A stretch of 63,582 nucleotides of DNA, filler included, from Octopus bimaculoides (taxonomy: Eukaryota): assembly GCF_001194135.2 (NCBI RefSeq). It is 8 parts of 6 records of this genome, joined end to end, with 100 filler letters (N's around TTAATTAATTAA, not from the genome) between each part and the next. Parts side by side here need not be neighbours in the genome. Positions count along the whole stretch, not along the records: positions 1 to 6,647 come from NC_068983.1; positions 6,748 to 18,229 come from NC_068990.1; 6 more parts are not named here. One strand, 5' to 3'. Under the pieces are notes generated by a model. It searched no databases. It saw nothing but the letters and a program-made list of their open reading frames with translations, and had not been told where the DNA came from. Position numbers and translations under genes: made by a program. Positions within the stretch are counted from its first letter, which is position 1; each line of letters begins with the position of its first letter. Shown piece by piece: positions 1 to 13,073 of the stretch.

Positions 1-35
<35 letters not shown>

Positions 36-496
36 GTATGTAAGAATGATATTACTTGAAGCCGGAAAACAGCACGCTTTACTAGCAAATTTGTTTCTGC
101 ACCGGTCACAATCTCTAAGTTGCTGAGATTACATTTATATATCATAATAAAAGATTATTCTTTAGAATTATATAACTGAATATTTTTCATGAGCAGGTGT
201 GTGAGTTAGAAAACAGAGATATCTAATGGATACCAATTAATTGATCAATTAATTAATATATTCACCTACAATTCTTTCATTTCATAAACAAAATTAAAAT
301 TACAAAACATATATAAATATATAAATTTTGCATTTTAGATACCTTATATAGAAAATAATCATGGTATGCAAAAGACAATACAAGGAATACATTAAGATAT
401 GTTTGGAATACTCAGAATATGTAGACATGTTTATTATGTGTGTAAGTATAGGTGTGTGTGCAAGCATGCGTTAAAACTATTACTTTTATTTTTAAA

Positions 497-621
497 TAAA
501 TAATAATGATAATGATGATGATGATGATGATGAGGAGGAGGAGGATAACAACGACAACAACAATAACAACAACAATAAAAATGATAATAATAATAATAGT
601 AATAATAATGACAATAACAAA
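497..621. repeat. Compound (AAT)/(GAT)/(GAG)/(AAC) trinucleotide microsatellite
   Basis: Directly visible. It is the source of the poly-I/poly-H/poly-S ORFs at 412-706. Confidence 0.9.
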
Positions 622-980
622 ACAAGCAAGGGAATATCTAAGGGAATTCCAAATACAACAAATTCTAGAATTACACGTACTAGAAACAAGCACAGAAAAA
701 GGCTAAGCGTATGAGAACTCGGACTAAAACTGCTGACTTAGATATTCTTACAGAGAAATTTGCATGAAAAACATCTCAATGGCAAATACCCAAAGAGAGC
801 TAGACATTATAAAATACTCTGGGATTTTAACATGCATTGCGACCAAGTCATAGAGGCGAGACGACCAGATATCATGCTCATCCATAAAGATGAAAAGGAA
901 GTAAAGATAATAGATGTTGCAATACAAGGCGATTCGAGGGTGAAACGTAAGGAAACAGTAAAGATTGAGAAATACCAACC
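622..980 (+). mobile_element. R4/Dong-like non-LTR retrotransposon fragment (RLE endonuclease), internally deleted
   Basis: ORF 760-1050 reads LHEKHLNGKYPKRA-RHYKILWDFNMHCDQVIEARRPDIMLIHKDEKEVKIIDVAIQGDSRVKRKETVKIEKYQ. The LWDF..RPD..IIDV..KE..KIEKY pattern is the PD-(D/E)xK RLE of R4/Dong-type elements. It starts directly after an AAT-rich tract. Confidence 0.8.
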
Positions 981-2025
981 ACAATCTTTTCAGTGTAGTG
1001 GCACTATACCCAACATAATTGGGTGCTGCAATCCAGATGAGTGGAAATGAATGTTCTATATCAGATCAACATGGTTTCCGTTTCTCTTATTCTGAATGAT
1101 TTCAAATTCCAGCCAGTGAGTCGCTTGCTCAATTTTACCATCTTTGTAATAGGCACAAGGAATATAGATCGCTACATATTTGGATTTCCAGTGTTGTCAT
1201 TAGTTCATATATATACATCATCTCTCATTTGAAACATTCGCTGTATGTGCATTATGATTGTCCGCGCAGAATCAATATATACATATATGTATACTCTCTT
1301 TGATAACCACCGTTTTCTTTATTATTCAGTAGTAAATTTATCCGTGAATTCTGAAACAATATTCACCTTCCTCCGAAGTTTCTCATAAGTGTGATTTGAA
1401 AAGGTCTATCAAGAATCATACAACCTGATATTTTCTTCATAATTGACTTAAAAGAGACTACTGGAACCTGGAATGAAGGGTTCTAATTACTCTGGAATTT
1501 CTTTCCAACGGAATATACGTTGTTTTAATAGTTATTGTATCATAAGTCAGTTTGTCATTCAAGTGTAACATATTCGGTGGTTCAGAACTGACATGATATC
1601 CATACCTCGAAATTAATATTGTTCTACGTATTTCTCACAATATTTTGAATCAGAAGATATTTCCAGGAGGTCTTGATGTAATGTCACATTCTTTCAGCAC
1701 TGCGCCGCATTTTCTTGCGTTGATTTTCATCTTCTCAATTTACATTTTCTTACATTCTGTATCTTATAGTATTTCAACTAGCATCTGTTTCTTCTTTATT
1801 TACATTTTGACATCTGTAAGCTAATCTATCTCTAGCTTGTGCTCTTTTCCTTTCTGTTTCCTCTCCCGTCTTATTTATTTAACGCCCACGAAATGCGACC
1901 CATTTAACTTCTTATTGTTCTTAACTCAAGTTAGGTATTAGTTTCCCTACCTTTCTCTAGCAAATACTTTATCAAACGCTCTTTCGATTTATATCAGTTG
2001 TATTATGCGATTATAGTATGTCAGC

Positions 2026-2053
2026 TCGAGAGAGAGGGAGAGAGAGAGAGAAC

Positions 2054-2111
<58 letters not shown>

Positions 2112-2516
2112 NNNNNNNNNNNNNNNNNNNNNNNNNNNNNNNNNNNNNNNNNNNNNNNNNNNNNNNNNNNNNNNNNNNNNNNNNNNNNNNNNNNNNNNNN
2201 NNNNNNNNNNNNNNNNNNNNNNNNNNNNNNNNNNNNNNNNNNNNNNNNNNNNNNNNNNNNNNNNNNNNNNNNNNNNNNNNNNNNNNNNNNNNNNNNNNNN
2301 NNNNNNNNNNNNNNNNNNNNNNNNNNNNNNNNNNNNNNNNNNNNNNNNNNNNNNNNNNNNNNNNNNNNNNNNNNNNNNNNNNNNNNNNNNNNNNNNNNNN
2401 NNNNNNNNNNNNNNNNNNNNNNNNNNNNNNNNNNNNNNNNNNNNNNNNNNNNNNNNNNNNNNNNNNNNNNNNNNNNNNNNNNNNNNNNNNNNNNNNNNNN
2501 NNNNNNNNNNNNNNNN

Positions 2517-2559
<43 letters not shown>

Positions 2560-2580
2560 TACACACACACACATACACAC
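2026..2580. repeat. (AG)n and (AC)n microsatellites flanking an N-gap
   Basis: Directly visible. Confidence 0.9.
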
Positions 2581-2596
2581 ACAAATATACATATAA

Positions 2597-2757
2597 ACAA
2601 AAGGGGATTGCTAAAAGTTTCTGTGCAAGAAATTAACTCAGAGGTCATTGGTTGGCCTGAAACTATAGCAGAAGACAAATACCCAAAATGCCATGCAGTA
2701 GTTTTGAAGCCAAAAGTATGTGGTTGCGAAGCAAGTTTCTTAACAACACAGCCATGT
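2597..2757 (-). mobile_element. Decayed tRNA-derived SINE (family A)
   Basis: CTATAGCAGAAGACAAATACCCAAAATGCCATGCAGT...TTCTTAACAACACAGCCATG resembles the family A copies at 24748 and 25531. Confidence 0.5.
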
Positions 2758-3104
2758 CTTTGAATATAATTTAAAAAATATATAGTGCAACTCTTGAACA
2801 TGAAAACATACCATATGTGCTTCTTATCAAACAATGGCGTTTAATATTCTAAAGTGTAGCAGATTTTGAAAAATAATGATGTAAGTATTGCACTTTGGAC
2901 GTCTTATAGAGTGAAGGTGTGTGTATTTCTGAACTCATTAACCAAGACATACGTCTTCAGAAAGTACATGATTCCACAAGGTATAGAAATATGAGAAATT
3001 CAATTAAAGCAACCCATTGCAATCAACACTGAATGATATATTTCTGTATGAGAAAATGTTTTCTTCCATTTTGGATGTATATATAATTTACATTTAAATG
3101 TTTT

Positions 3105-3310
3105 CATTCTTTTATTCTTTTACTTGTTTCAGTCATTTCAGATTGCGGCCACGCTGGAGCGCCGCCTTAAAGAACTTTAGTCAAAGAAATCGACCCCAGG
3201 AGTTCGGCCTAGTTCTTATTGTATCGGTGTCTTTTGTCGAACCCCTAAGTTTCATGGACATAAACACACCAGCATCAGTTGGCAAGCGATGGTGAAGGGA
3301 CAGACAAACA
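3105..3310 (-). mobile_element. SINE 3' region (family D, ends ...GACTGAAACAAGTAAAAG)
   Basis: CTTTTACTTGTTTCAGTCATTT...GCGGCCACGCTGGAGC is shared with copies at 25278, 26470, 28270, 50732 and 52345. Confidence 0.7.
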
Positions 3311-3325
3311 CGCACATACACACAT

Positions 3326-3368
<43 letters not shown>

Positions 3369-4891
3369 NNNNNNNNNNNNNNNNNNNNNNNNNNNNNNNN
3401 NNNNNNNNNNNNNNNNNNNNNNNNNNNNNNNNNNNNNNNNNNNNNNNNNNNNNNNNNNNNNNNNNNNNNNNNNNNNNNNNNNNNNNNNNNNNNNNNNNNN
3501 NNNNNNNNNNNNNNNNNNNNNNNNNNNNNNNNNNNNNNNNNNNNNNNNNNNNNNNNNNNNNNNNNNNNNNNNNNNNNNNNNNNNNNNNNNNNNNNNNNNN
3601 NNNNNNTATATATATATATATATATATGACCTTAAATATAATATTGACATTGACGTATATATTTTACTATTCAATCATGCTGACATTCAAAATTTGCAGG
3701 AGCCAATATTGCAAAACGTACAAAATACAAATTTAATTAAACTTTCATTCTCCTTTCAAATAATAACAATATGAATGTCTTCAATAAATTATTTGATCAT
3801 ATATGTATTTATCTTTTGTCAGATATTAATTTGCACTCCACTTATATAATTCAATATTTGTTGTCAGCAGTAAAATTAGTAATTCCATACATACACGCAC
3901 ACACTCACACACACAAACACACACACAAACACATACATACACGCACACTCATACACACATATGTATCTTTATATACGTACATATGAAAGTTTATAAAAAT
4001 TACTTGATATACTTACAATAACCAGAAATAGAACTTTTATAAATGCTATTGACTATTTTAAAACATTTCTTTAATTTAACAGAATGTCACTAACCTTTGC
4101 AGAAGAAATTCGTACACAATGTTTATTTTATGTTTAGTGTATATTTTCTGGTGAGCGCTTTACATTTTTGGACCTTTCAAACACATGTTTCCGGGCTGAT
4201 GCATAGAGGAAACTACTTTTTGTGATGGTGCTAACTATTTCCGGTTTAGTTTCGGATTTAGAACTTTTATAAATAATTTTTCTTTTGCAAATCGTAGATT
4301 AATCGTTTTCATATTAACATTTTAAACGGGAAATTTTAGATTATTCACTATTTTAAATGTTGACACTTTCCGGTTTCGTTCGCATTTAGATTTCTAATAA
4401 ACTTTTGTTCTTTTGCCTTTGGTAGTTGATCGTTTTCATAATATGAAACGTGGATATCTTAAATTTACCATTTGCGCAAGTGTCTAAAGGTGAATGGTTT
4501 ATTTGTCGTTCATGCACGTTTAAACAACTGTTTAGTCTTGTCCCTGTTTCTCCAATGTAATTCAAAGTAATTGATGACCTCCCTGTGTAAGAACATTCCC
4601 AGACATTTCTCCAAATAGATTTTAAGCTTACAATAGCTCACTGTTGCAGTTAGACTGTTATTTACATTATGAGAATGTGGAAAATTGAATAAGATGTACA
4701 GTAAAAACCGCTGCCACCATACACAGGGAGTCTATATATATGACTCAATACACAAAACGAGGCAACAACAATCGATAGAAATCGTCTTTATAAATTAAGA
4801 CATAAGCGACCACACATTCATGCGAAGAAACAAATGGTTACTCAAATTAAAGTATGGGTATACATAGATACATACATAGACAAACAGACAC

Positions 4892-4938
<47 letters not shown>

Positions 4939-5089
4939 CCCTACACACACAGGCACACACACACGCGCACACACACACACGCGTAGACGCACAGACACGT
5001 CGACACACAAACACATATATATATTTATTAGATATATATATACATACATATGTATACATATATACATATGCATATATATATGTATATAC

Positions 5090-5143
<54 letters not shown>

Positions 5144-5716
5144 NNNNNNNNNNNNNNNNNNNNNNNNNNNNNNNNNNNNNNNNNNNNNNNNNNNNNNNNN
5201 NNNNNNNNNNNNNNNNNNNNNNNNNNNNNNNNNNNNNNNNNNNNNNNNNNNNNNNNNNNNNNNNNNNNNNNNNNNNNNNNNNNNNNNNNNNNNNNNNNNN
5301 NNNNNNNNNNNNNNNNNNNNNNNNNNNNNNNNNNNNNNNNNNNNNNNNNNNNNNNNNNNNNNNNNNNNNNNNNNNNNNNNNNNNNNNNNNNNNNNNNNNN
5401 NNNNNNNNNNNNNNNNNNNNNNNNNNNNNNNNNNNNNNNNNNNNNNNNNNNNNNNNNNNNNNNNNNNNNNNNNNNNNNNNNNNNNNNNNNNNNNNNNNNN
5501 NNNNNNNNNNNNNNNNNNNNNNNNNNNNNNNNNNNNNNNNNNNNNNNNNNNNNNNNNNNNNNNNNNNNNNNNNNNNNNNNNNNNNNNNNNNNNNNNNNNN
5601 NNNNNNNNNNNNNNNNNNNNNNNNNNNNNNNNNNNNNNNNNNNNNNNNNNNNNNNNNNNNNNNNNNNNNNNNNNNNNNNNNNNNNNNNNNNNNNNNNNNN
5701 NNNNNNNNNNNNNNNN

Positions 5717-5769
<53 letters not shown>

Positions 5770-5951
5770 ATATATATATACATATATATCTACTTAGTGA
5801 TTGTATTAATAGTGAAACTATTACTGCTGAAACTATTATCTCACTTCACTTTACAATTGACATGTTATTGTTTCACTCTTGACACGTAATACCGAAGCAG
5901 TGTATGTACTTTAGTGATGCACACATACACACATACTCACACAGATTCTCA

Positions 5952-5993
<42 letters not shown>

Positions 5994-6474
5994 AAGAGAG
6001 AGAGGGAAAGAGAGAAATATTCATATATATATATATGTATGTGCGTGTGTGTGTATATGCATGTATGCATGTATGTATACGTATACATACACATGCAGGC
6101 AGATATAAATTCTGCAACATATGACACTATGGATCTCCATGCCTTATCGTAAGACACTGTCTACCTATCACTCTAGTCAGCTTCAGCACAGTCGCAAAAC
6201 TAAACGCAGAACAATGGTATCATGACAAGATGTCAAATCCAGGAATGCAACAAAATCAGGGAGATAAAGTAAATGAATCAAATGATGTGTTATACAATGG
6301 TAATGAAATTCTGTGAACTGAAACCATAAAACAAGAATACCAACGGCGTAGAAGAAAAACAACCAGACATTCGATTTGACGTAGGCTGACCTTTGACGTA
6401 GGCTGACCTCCACATTTTCACGAAGCACATAATTTAGCGTATCTATATATACATATACATATACACACATACAC

Positions 6475-6507
<33 letters not shown>

Positions 6508-6819
6508 CATACCAAAGATAGAGCCTTGTATCTTTGTTGGAAACCGGCTCCCTCATCAGTGGAAGATTTATAATATTTAAAATATAGAAAAGACATACAC
6601 ACACGTACACACACACACGTACACACACACACACACACACACACACANNNNNNNNNNNNNNNNNNNNNNNNNNNNNNNNNNNNNNNNNNNNTTAATTAAT
6701 TAANNNNNNNNNNNNNNNNNNNNNNNNNNNNNNNNNNNNNNNNNNNNTGTATATTAATATATATATTATATATATATATATATGTATCTATCTATCTATC
6801 TATCTATCTTTTCGTTAAA

Positions 6820-6864
<45 letters not shown>

Positions 6865-6946
6865 ACACACACATACACACACACACATGTATTATACCTA
6901 TATGATTCTGTTTTTCATCTTTTACAACTTGTACTTCTCTGCTTAC

Positions 6947-6947
<1 letters not shown>

Positions 6948-7032
<85 letters not shown>

Positions 7033-7065
7033 CTACCTACCCTTCTATCTATCTGTATAATTATG

Positions 7066-7162
<97 letters not shown>
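6948..7162. repeat. (TATC)n tetranucleotide microsatellite
   Basis: Directly visible. Confidence 0.95.
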
Positions 7163-7163
<1 letters not shown>

Positions 7164-7580
7164 GCCTTCTTTCTATGTATCTATTTATCTATCTACTTAG
7201 CCTATATATATTTTTTTCTGTCTAGCCAACTATCTCTCTACCTAGCCTTCTATCTATCTATAGCTCACGTATGTCATGCATTCTTTACCCACATTCATTC
7301 TTCTTGTGCAATATTATATGTATATATACGGTTAAATAACATTATGTGTTCATACATTTATTTAATGTAACTACGCACACAGAAACACACATAAATCGGA
7401 TGTAATATCTGTTACACCTAATTGAGTTTGTTACTCGTAAACGAAATTTTCAGCATATATTATGTATGTTAGGTTTTGCATGCATTTGAATGTTAAACGT
7501 AGGCTATAATGCAATTTATTTAACTATTGTACTTGGTGTTGTTTACATTTATTGATATATGCACCCATTATTATGTCTTG

Positions 7581-7620
<40 letters not shown>

Positions 7621-7652
7621 GAAGACATAATAATGGGTGCATATATCAATAA

Positions 7653-7684
<32 letters not shown>

Positions 7685-8199
7685 TNNNNNNNNNNNNNNN
7701 NNNNNNNNNNNNNNNNNNNNNNNNNNNNNNNNNNNNNNNNNNNNNNNNNNNNNNNNNNNNNNNNNNNNNNNNNNNNNNNNNNNNNNNNNNNNNNNNNNNN
7801 NNNNNNNNNNNNNNNNNNNNNNNNNNNNNNNNNNNNNNNNNNNNNNNNNNNNNNNNNNNNNNNNNNNNNNNNNNNNNNNNNNNNNNNNNNNNNNNNNNNN
7901 NNNNNNNNNNNNNNNNNNNNNNNNNNNNNNNNNNNNNNNNNNNNNNNNNNNNNNNNNNNNNNNNNNNNNNNNNNNNNNNNNNNNNNNNNNNNNNNNNNNN
8001 NNNNNNNNNNNNNNNNNNNNNNNNNNNNNNNNNNNNNNNNNNNNNNNNNNNNNNNNNNNNNNNNNNNNNNNNNNNNNNNNNNNNNNNNNNNNNNNNNNNN
8101 NNNNNNNNNNNNNNNNNNNNNNNNNNNNNNNNNNNNNNNNNNNNNNNNNNNNNNNNNNNNNNNNNNNNNNNNNNNNNNNNNNNNNNNNNNNNNNNNNNN

Positions 8200-8260
<61 letters not shown>

Positions 8261-9115
8261 CTCGAGTTTTACGCCTATCTGCACAGTAAAACGCGATTCA
8301 AGAGGGAAACTGTTTTATTTTCAATACAAAAATGATATCCTGCAGAGAGTATGTATTAAGCACTTCTCTCTCATTCGTTTGCTAATTATGTAAAGGCGTA
8401 GTCTACAGTTTTAAACAATCTGTCATCATTTTGTCAAACATTTACCGAAACTCTCCAGTTTAATACCTCTATACCTAATCTCTACTTATCCCCCTTCCCA
8501 TCAAACTTAAAGCGTAGCAGTGCTATTTCACTCCTCTGTCGCTAAATTTCCCACTCTCGCGTTGCATTCACCAATATGTGTACATGTTGCACGTACATAT
8601 AAATTATGCATGTATATAATTTATTGGTCATTATACTGAACTCATTTCCACTCCACTACTTACTTTAACTCTTTAAATTTTTTTCTCTTTCCCCTATGTT
8701 TTTATTCTACTTTATAGTTATATTTATATGCCTGTATTGACTTTTTTCCTTTCTTTTCGTTGCTTTCTTTTCCTCCGAGATATTTTTTTTGCATATTTAT
8801 ATTTCTTTCATCATCTAATTCCTTCAAGTTTTAATAGTGGAGGTGGAGAACAATTCTTACTTAGATAACTGTAGCTGCACCCATTATCCTGCTGCTTCTC
8901 CAGCATGTAACATCGGAAATGACTATCTTTGACCTCCGATTTTTACCACTCAGTAGGTTGATTGTCTAATTGACTTTTATCAGTTGGATATAGAGCTCTC
9001 AGTAACAATGCACATTCTGTGAAGAATTATGTCACTTTATATATGTAATCCTACTTCCGTATGCATTGAACATTCTATTTGATTTCATGTAGCCAATATA
9101 TACATATATATGTGC

Positions 9116-9155
<40 letters not shown>

Positions 9156-9227
9156 ATATATGCAAATATATATATTTATAAATGCGGGTGGAAATATATA
9201 TATATATATGGAGACTGAGAGAGCGCT

Positions 9228-9272
<45 letters not shown>

Positions 9273-10138
9273 NNNNNNNNNNNNNNNNNNNNNNNNNNNN
9301 NNNNNNNNNNNNNNNNNNNNNNNNNNNNNNNNNNNNNNNNNNNNNNNNNNNNNNNNNNNNNNNNNNNNNNNNNNNNNNNNNNNNNNNNNNNNNNNNNNNN
9401 NNNNNNNNNNNNNNNNNNNNNNNNNNNNNNNNNNNNNNNNNNNNNNNNNNNNNNNNNNNNNNNNNNNNNNNNNNNNNNNNNNNNNNNNNNNNNNNNNNNN
9501 NNNNNNNNNNNNNNNNNNNNNNNNNNNNNNNNNNNNNNNNNNNNNNNNNNNNNNNNNNNNNNNNNNNNNNNNNNNNNNNNNNNNNNNNNNNNNNNNNNNN
9601 NNNNNNNNNNNNNNNNNNNNNNNNNNNNNNNNNNNNNNNNNNNNNNNNNNNNNNNNNNNNNNNNNNNNNNNNNNNNNNNNNNNNNNNNNNNNNNNNNNNN
9701 NNNNNNNNNNNNNNNNNNNNNNNNNNNNNNNNNNNNNNNNNNNNNNNNNNNNNNNNNNNNNNNNNNNNNNNNNNNNNNNNNNNNNNNNNNNNNNNNNNNN
9801 NNNNNNNNNNNNNNNNNNNNNNNNNNNNNNNNNNNNNNNNNNNNNNNNNNNNNNNNNNNNNNNNNNNNNNNNNNNNNNNNNNNNNNNNNNNNNNNNNNNN
9901 NNNNNNNNNNNNNNNNNNNNNNNNNNNNNNNNNNNNNNNNNNNNNNNNNNNNNNNNNNNNNNNNNNNNNNNNNNNNNNNNNNNNNNNNNNNNNNNNNNNN
10001 NNNNNNNNNNNNNNNNNNNNNNNNNNNNNNNNNNNNNNNNNNNNNNNNNNNNNNNNNNNNNNNNNNNNNNNNNNNNNNNNNNNNNNNNNNNNNNNNNNNN
10101 NNNNNNNNNNNNNNNNNNNNNNNNNNNNNNNNNNNNNN

Positions 10139-10498
10139 GTATTGAGGAAGGTTTATTTGTTCCTTATGGACAGCTACTCTTCTACGTAATGGGAGGCTCG
10201 TCTGTCCAATATTGAAGTTTTGGCAACCTGCGCAAGTAAGGACATAAATGAGGTTACTCGAGGAACAAGAGAAATTGGTTTTAATTTTAAACTTTGTTCC
10301 TCGTTTGAAGGTAAATTCAGAGCCTTCAAGCAGGTAGGGGCAGGTGCCACAATTAGGGCGTGCACAATATCATTAATACACACAAAGTCCTTAAATGCAA
10401 AAGGCAACACAAATCTTTGAAAACATTATTAACCAATTCCAAACTACATACACCACTTCTACCCCCATCAGTTAAAAAATGTGCACGCCCTAATTGTG
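10139..10498 (-). mobile_element. Penelope-like element fragment (GIY-YIG endonuclease) with internal inversion
   Basis: Minus strand 10366->10139 reads CARPNCGTCPYLLEGSEFTFKRGTKFKIKTNFSCSSSNLIYVLTCAGCQNFNIGQTSLPLRRRVAVHKEQINLPQY, i.e. CxxxxCxTC linker plus LIY..TC..C..(Y)IGQT..L..R..H. Plus strand 10367-10498 encodes the upstream linker KCKRQHKSLKTLLTNSK...VKKCARPNC. Confidence 0.85.
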
Positions 10499-11052
10499 CG
10501 TATGTGTGTATACATATACTTATACTTGTACATTGTACAGGTATGCCTCTTTTCCTCTGTATAGATATTAACATTATCTTCTCTTCCTCCATTTCTCAAT
10601 CTAAATATACCTTTAGCAATCTAATTATTTGTCACTCTCTTTCTCCACATTCTCTGTCTAGTGGTCTTTTATAGTTTCTGATTCTCTACTTGTATTTTTC
10701 TTCCAGTCTCAACCTTCACGTTATTTTCGCCAAACATATCTCCCATATTCCTTCTGTCTCTTTATGTCTCCGTCTATAACCCTCTGCCTCTGCCTATCCC
10801 CNNNNNNNNNNNNNNNNNNNNNNNNNNNNNNNNNNNNNNNNNNNNNNNNNNNNNNNNNNNNNNNNNNNNNNNNNNNNNNNNNNNNNNNNNNNNNNNNNNN
10901 NNNNNNNNNNNNNNNNNNNNNNNNNNNNNNNNNNNNNNNNNNNNNNNNNNNNNNNNNNNNNNNNNNNNNNNNNNNNNNNNNNNNNNNNNNNNNNNNNNNN
11001 NNNNNNNNNNNNNNNNNNNNNNNNNNNNNNNNNNNNNNNNNNNNNTCTCATG

Positions 11053-11085
<33 letters not shown>

Positions 11086-12642
11086 GGGGGAGAGACAAAG
11101 AGAGAGAGGGGGGAGGGAATAGTGAGGCAATGATCGAGAGGTAGGAGAGGCAAAAGTGGTTCTGTAAAATGTTTGGTTACAACCACAGAAGCGATTTTAA
11201 CCCCGCTCTCGTTCTTTACACGTATCAGCACACATGTATGCTTGTATGTATGTGTGCGTGTGCATATATATTGTAATCCACAGTCGACTTAGGTTTCCTC
11301 TTCAATTTATAATCTTGTCTCCATATCTTTACACAGCAATCTCTCAGGAGTTGATTTTTCAATCTTTTTCCTATTTCTTCCATGCTTTCTTCTCCCTGTT
11401 TCTCACTCTAATACCACACACACCTCTAGTCTCTCTCTCTATCTCTCTCTCTTTCTCTCTCTCTCTTATTCTTTATCTCTCTCTTTCTATCACTTTAACT
11501 CTCTCCCTCTTTCCCATGCAGACATACTTATACATGCATGCATACACATGCACACACACACACGCACACGCAAACACGCACGCACGCACACACATATATG
11601 TGCATGTATATATGTGTGTACGCTTAACGATCATTAATTACTCCACTCGCATTCGTTCAGCTTTCTAACTACTCATCCCCTCTCATGAATCCACTTACCC
11701 TCGGCCTCCATTCTTCCTTCGTCTCCCTCTTACCCTCTTCTTTCCTCCTCCTCTCTCTCTCTCTCCTTCTCTCAATCTTTTCACTTTTTATCTCTGTTTC
11801 ACCCATTCTTTTAGTCTCTCACCTACTTTCTCTATCTCGCTGTCTTCCATTACTTTAGTTACCACCACACGATCTCTCTAGCCTCCGCTTTCCTTTTTTC
11901 TGCCGCACCATTTTCGTCCCCATCCCTCTACTACCTATCACCCCCTTTTCTGAATGATTTATCTGAGGATTAGTATTTGTATCCATTTGTTGTTACAAGA
12001 TTAACATGAAATGGAATCACTTTTAACATCCATCAGTCATTTTTTCTCTCGCTATCATCATCACAGCCATCGTCAGCATCAGTGACAACATTGTAATCGA
12101 TACTTCCCGACACTGTGTCCTCTCCCTCTCAGTCTCTCTCATCCATCTTCCCCCTCTCTCTTTCCCCCCTCTGTCTCTCTCTACTGTCATCACCACAATC
12201 ACAGTGCACATTTACTGCTTTCCATAAGAAAGGAATACCGTAGATATTGTACTCTTGGCATACTCTATAAAGATATGGTTGTCACGGGTGGAACGGTAAG
12301 AATTTTTAGTATGCTTGATCAGGAGCTACACAAAAACAATAGATCATCTATGTGATCACATGACCTGCTAGCAATACCGGCCAAAAATCTCTTAAGTAAC
12401 ACACTTTTGTCATAATTTCAAAAGTAAAATATACCCCGAGCTGACAGCGTTGGAGAGAAAGATATTTTGCTATATTTCTTCCGACTCTTTGCGTTCTAAA
12501 TTCAAATTCTGCCAAGGTTAACTTTGTCTTTCATCTTCTTACGGGTTGATAAAATAAATACCAGTTGAACAGTGGGATCAACTCTATCGACTTTAACCCG
12601 TACCCCTAAATCGCTGTGCCAAAGAAAAATTTAAACCATTAT

Positions 12643-12664
12643 CATAATAATAATAATAATAATG

Positions 12665-12718
<54 letters not shown>
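12643..12718. repeat. (AAT)n microsatellite
   Basis: Directly visible. Confidence 0.95.
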
Positions 12719-12719
<1 letters not shown>

Positions 12720-12949
12720 GTGCATCATAGCCATTTGTTGAGAGGAATTCTTTGGGTCTGGAAAATTCACCTCTGGAAACATGGGTGTTTCGTTCAACAT
12801 CCTTAAACAACCCTTATTCAAGGACCTTTTGAGCAAGATGGGCAACTTGATCTGAAGAAAATTAGATCATTATGTCACCCACATAAGGTTGTGATGCATA
12901 TGGGTAGCGTACCCTTATCCGACGGGTACACCATCCACATGCATAAAAT
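12719..12949. mobile_element. Non-coding dispersed repeat embedded in (AAT)n/(ATT)n (family X)
   Basis: GCATCATAGCCATTTGTTGAGAGGA matches the reverse complement of 44222-44246 at 24/25 nt. Flanked by (AAT)n on the left and (ATT)n on the right. Confidence 0.55.
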
Positions 12950-13005
12950 ATTATTATTATTATTATTGTTGTTGTTGTTGTTGTTGTTGTAGCAGCAGCA
13001 GTAGT

Positions 13006-13073
<68 letters not shown>
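12950..13073. repeat. Graded compound microsatellite (ATT)(GTT)(GCA)(GTA)
   Basis: Directly visible. Confidence 0.9.

Noticed and set aside
985-1830. Possible decayed RT on the minus strand (KMKINARKCG; LLLNNKENGGY)
   Set aside because: Only faint motif resemblance with many stops, too weak to call.
8400-9080. Possible minus-strand exon or CR1-like RT remnant
   Set aside because: All frames contain stops between the apparent splice sites, and RT motifs are not convincingly recoverable.
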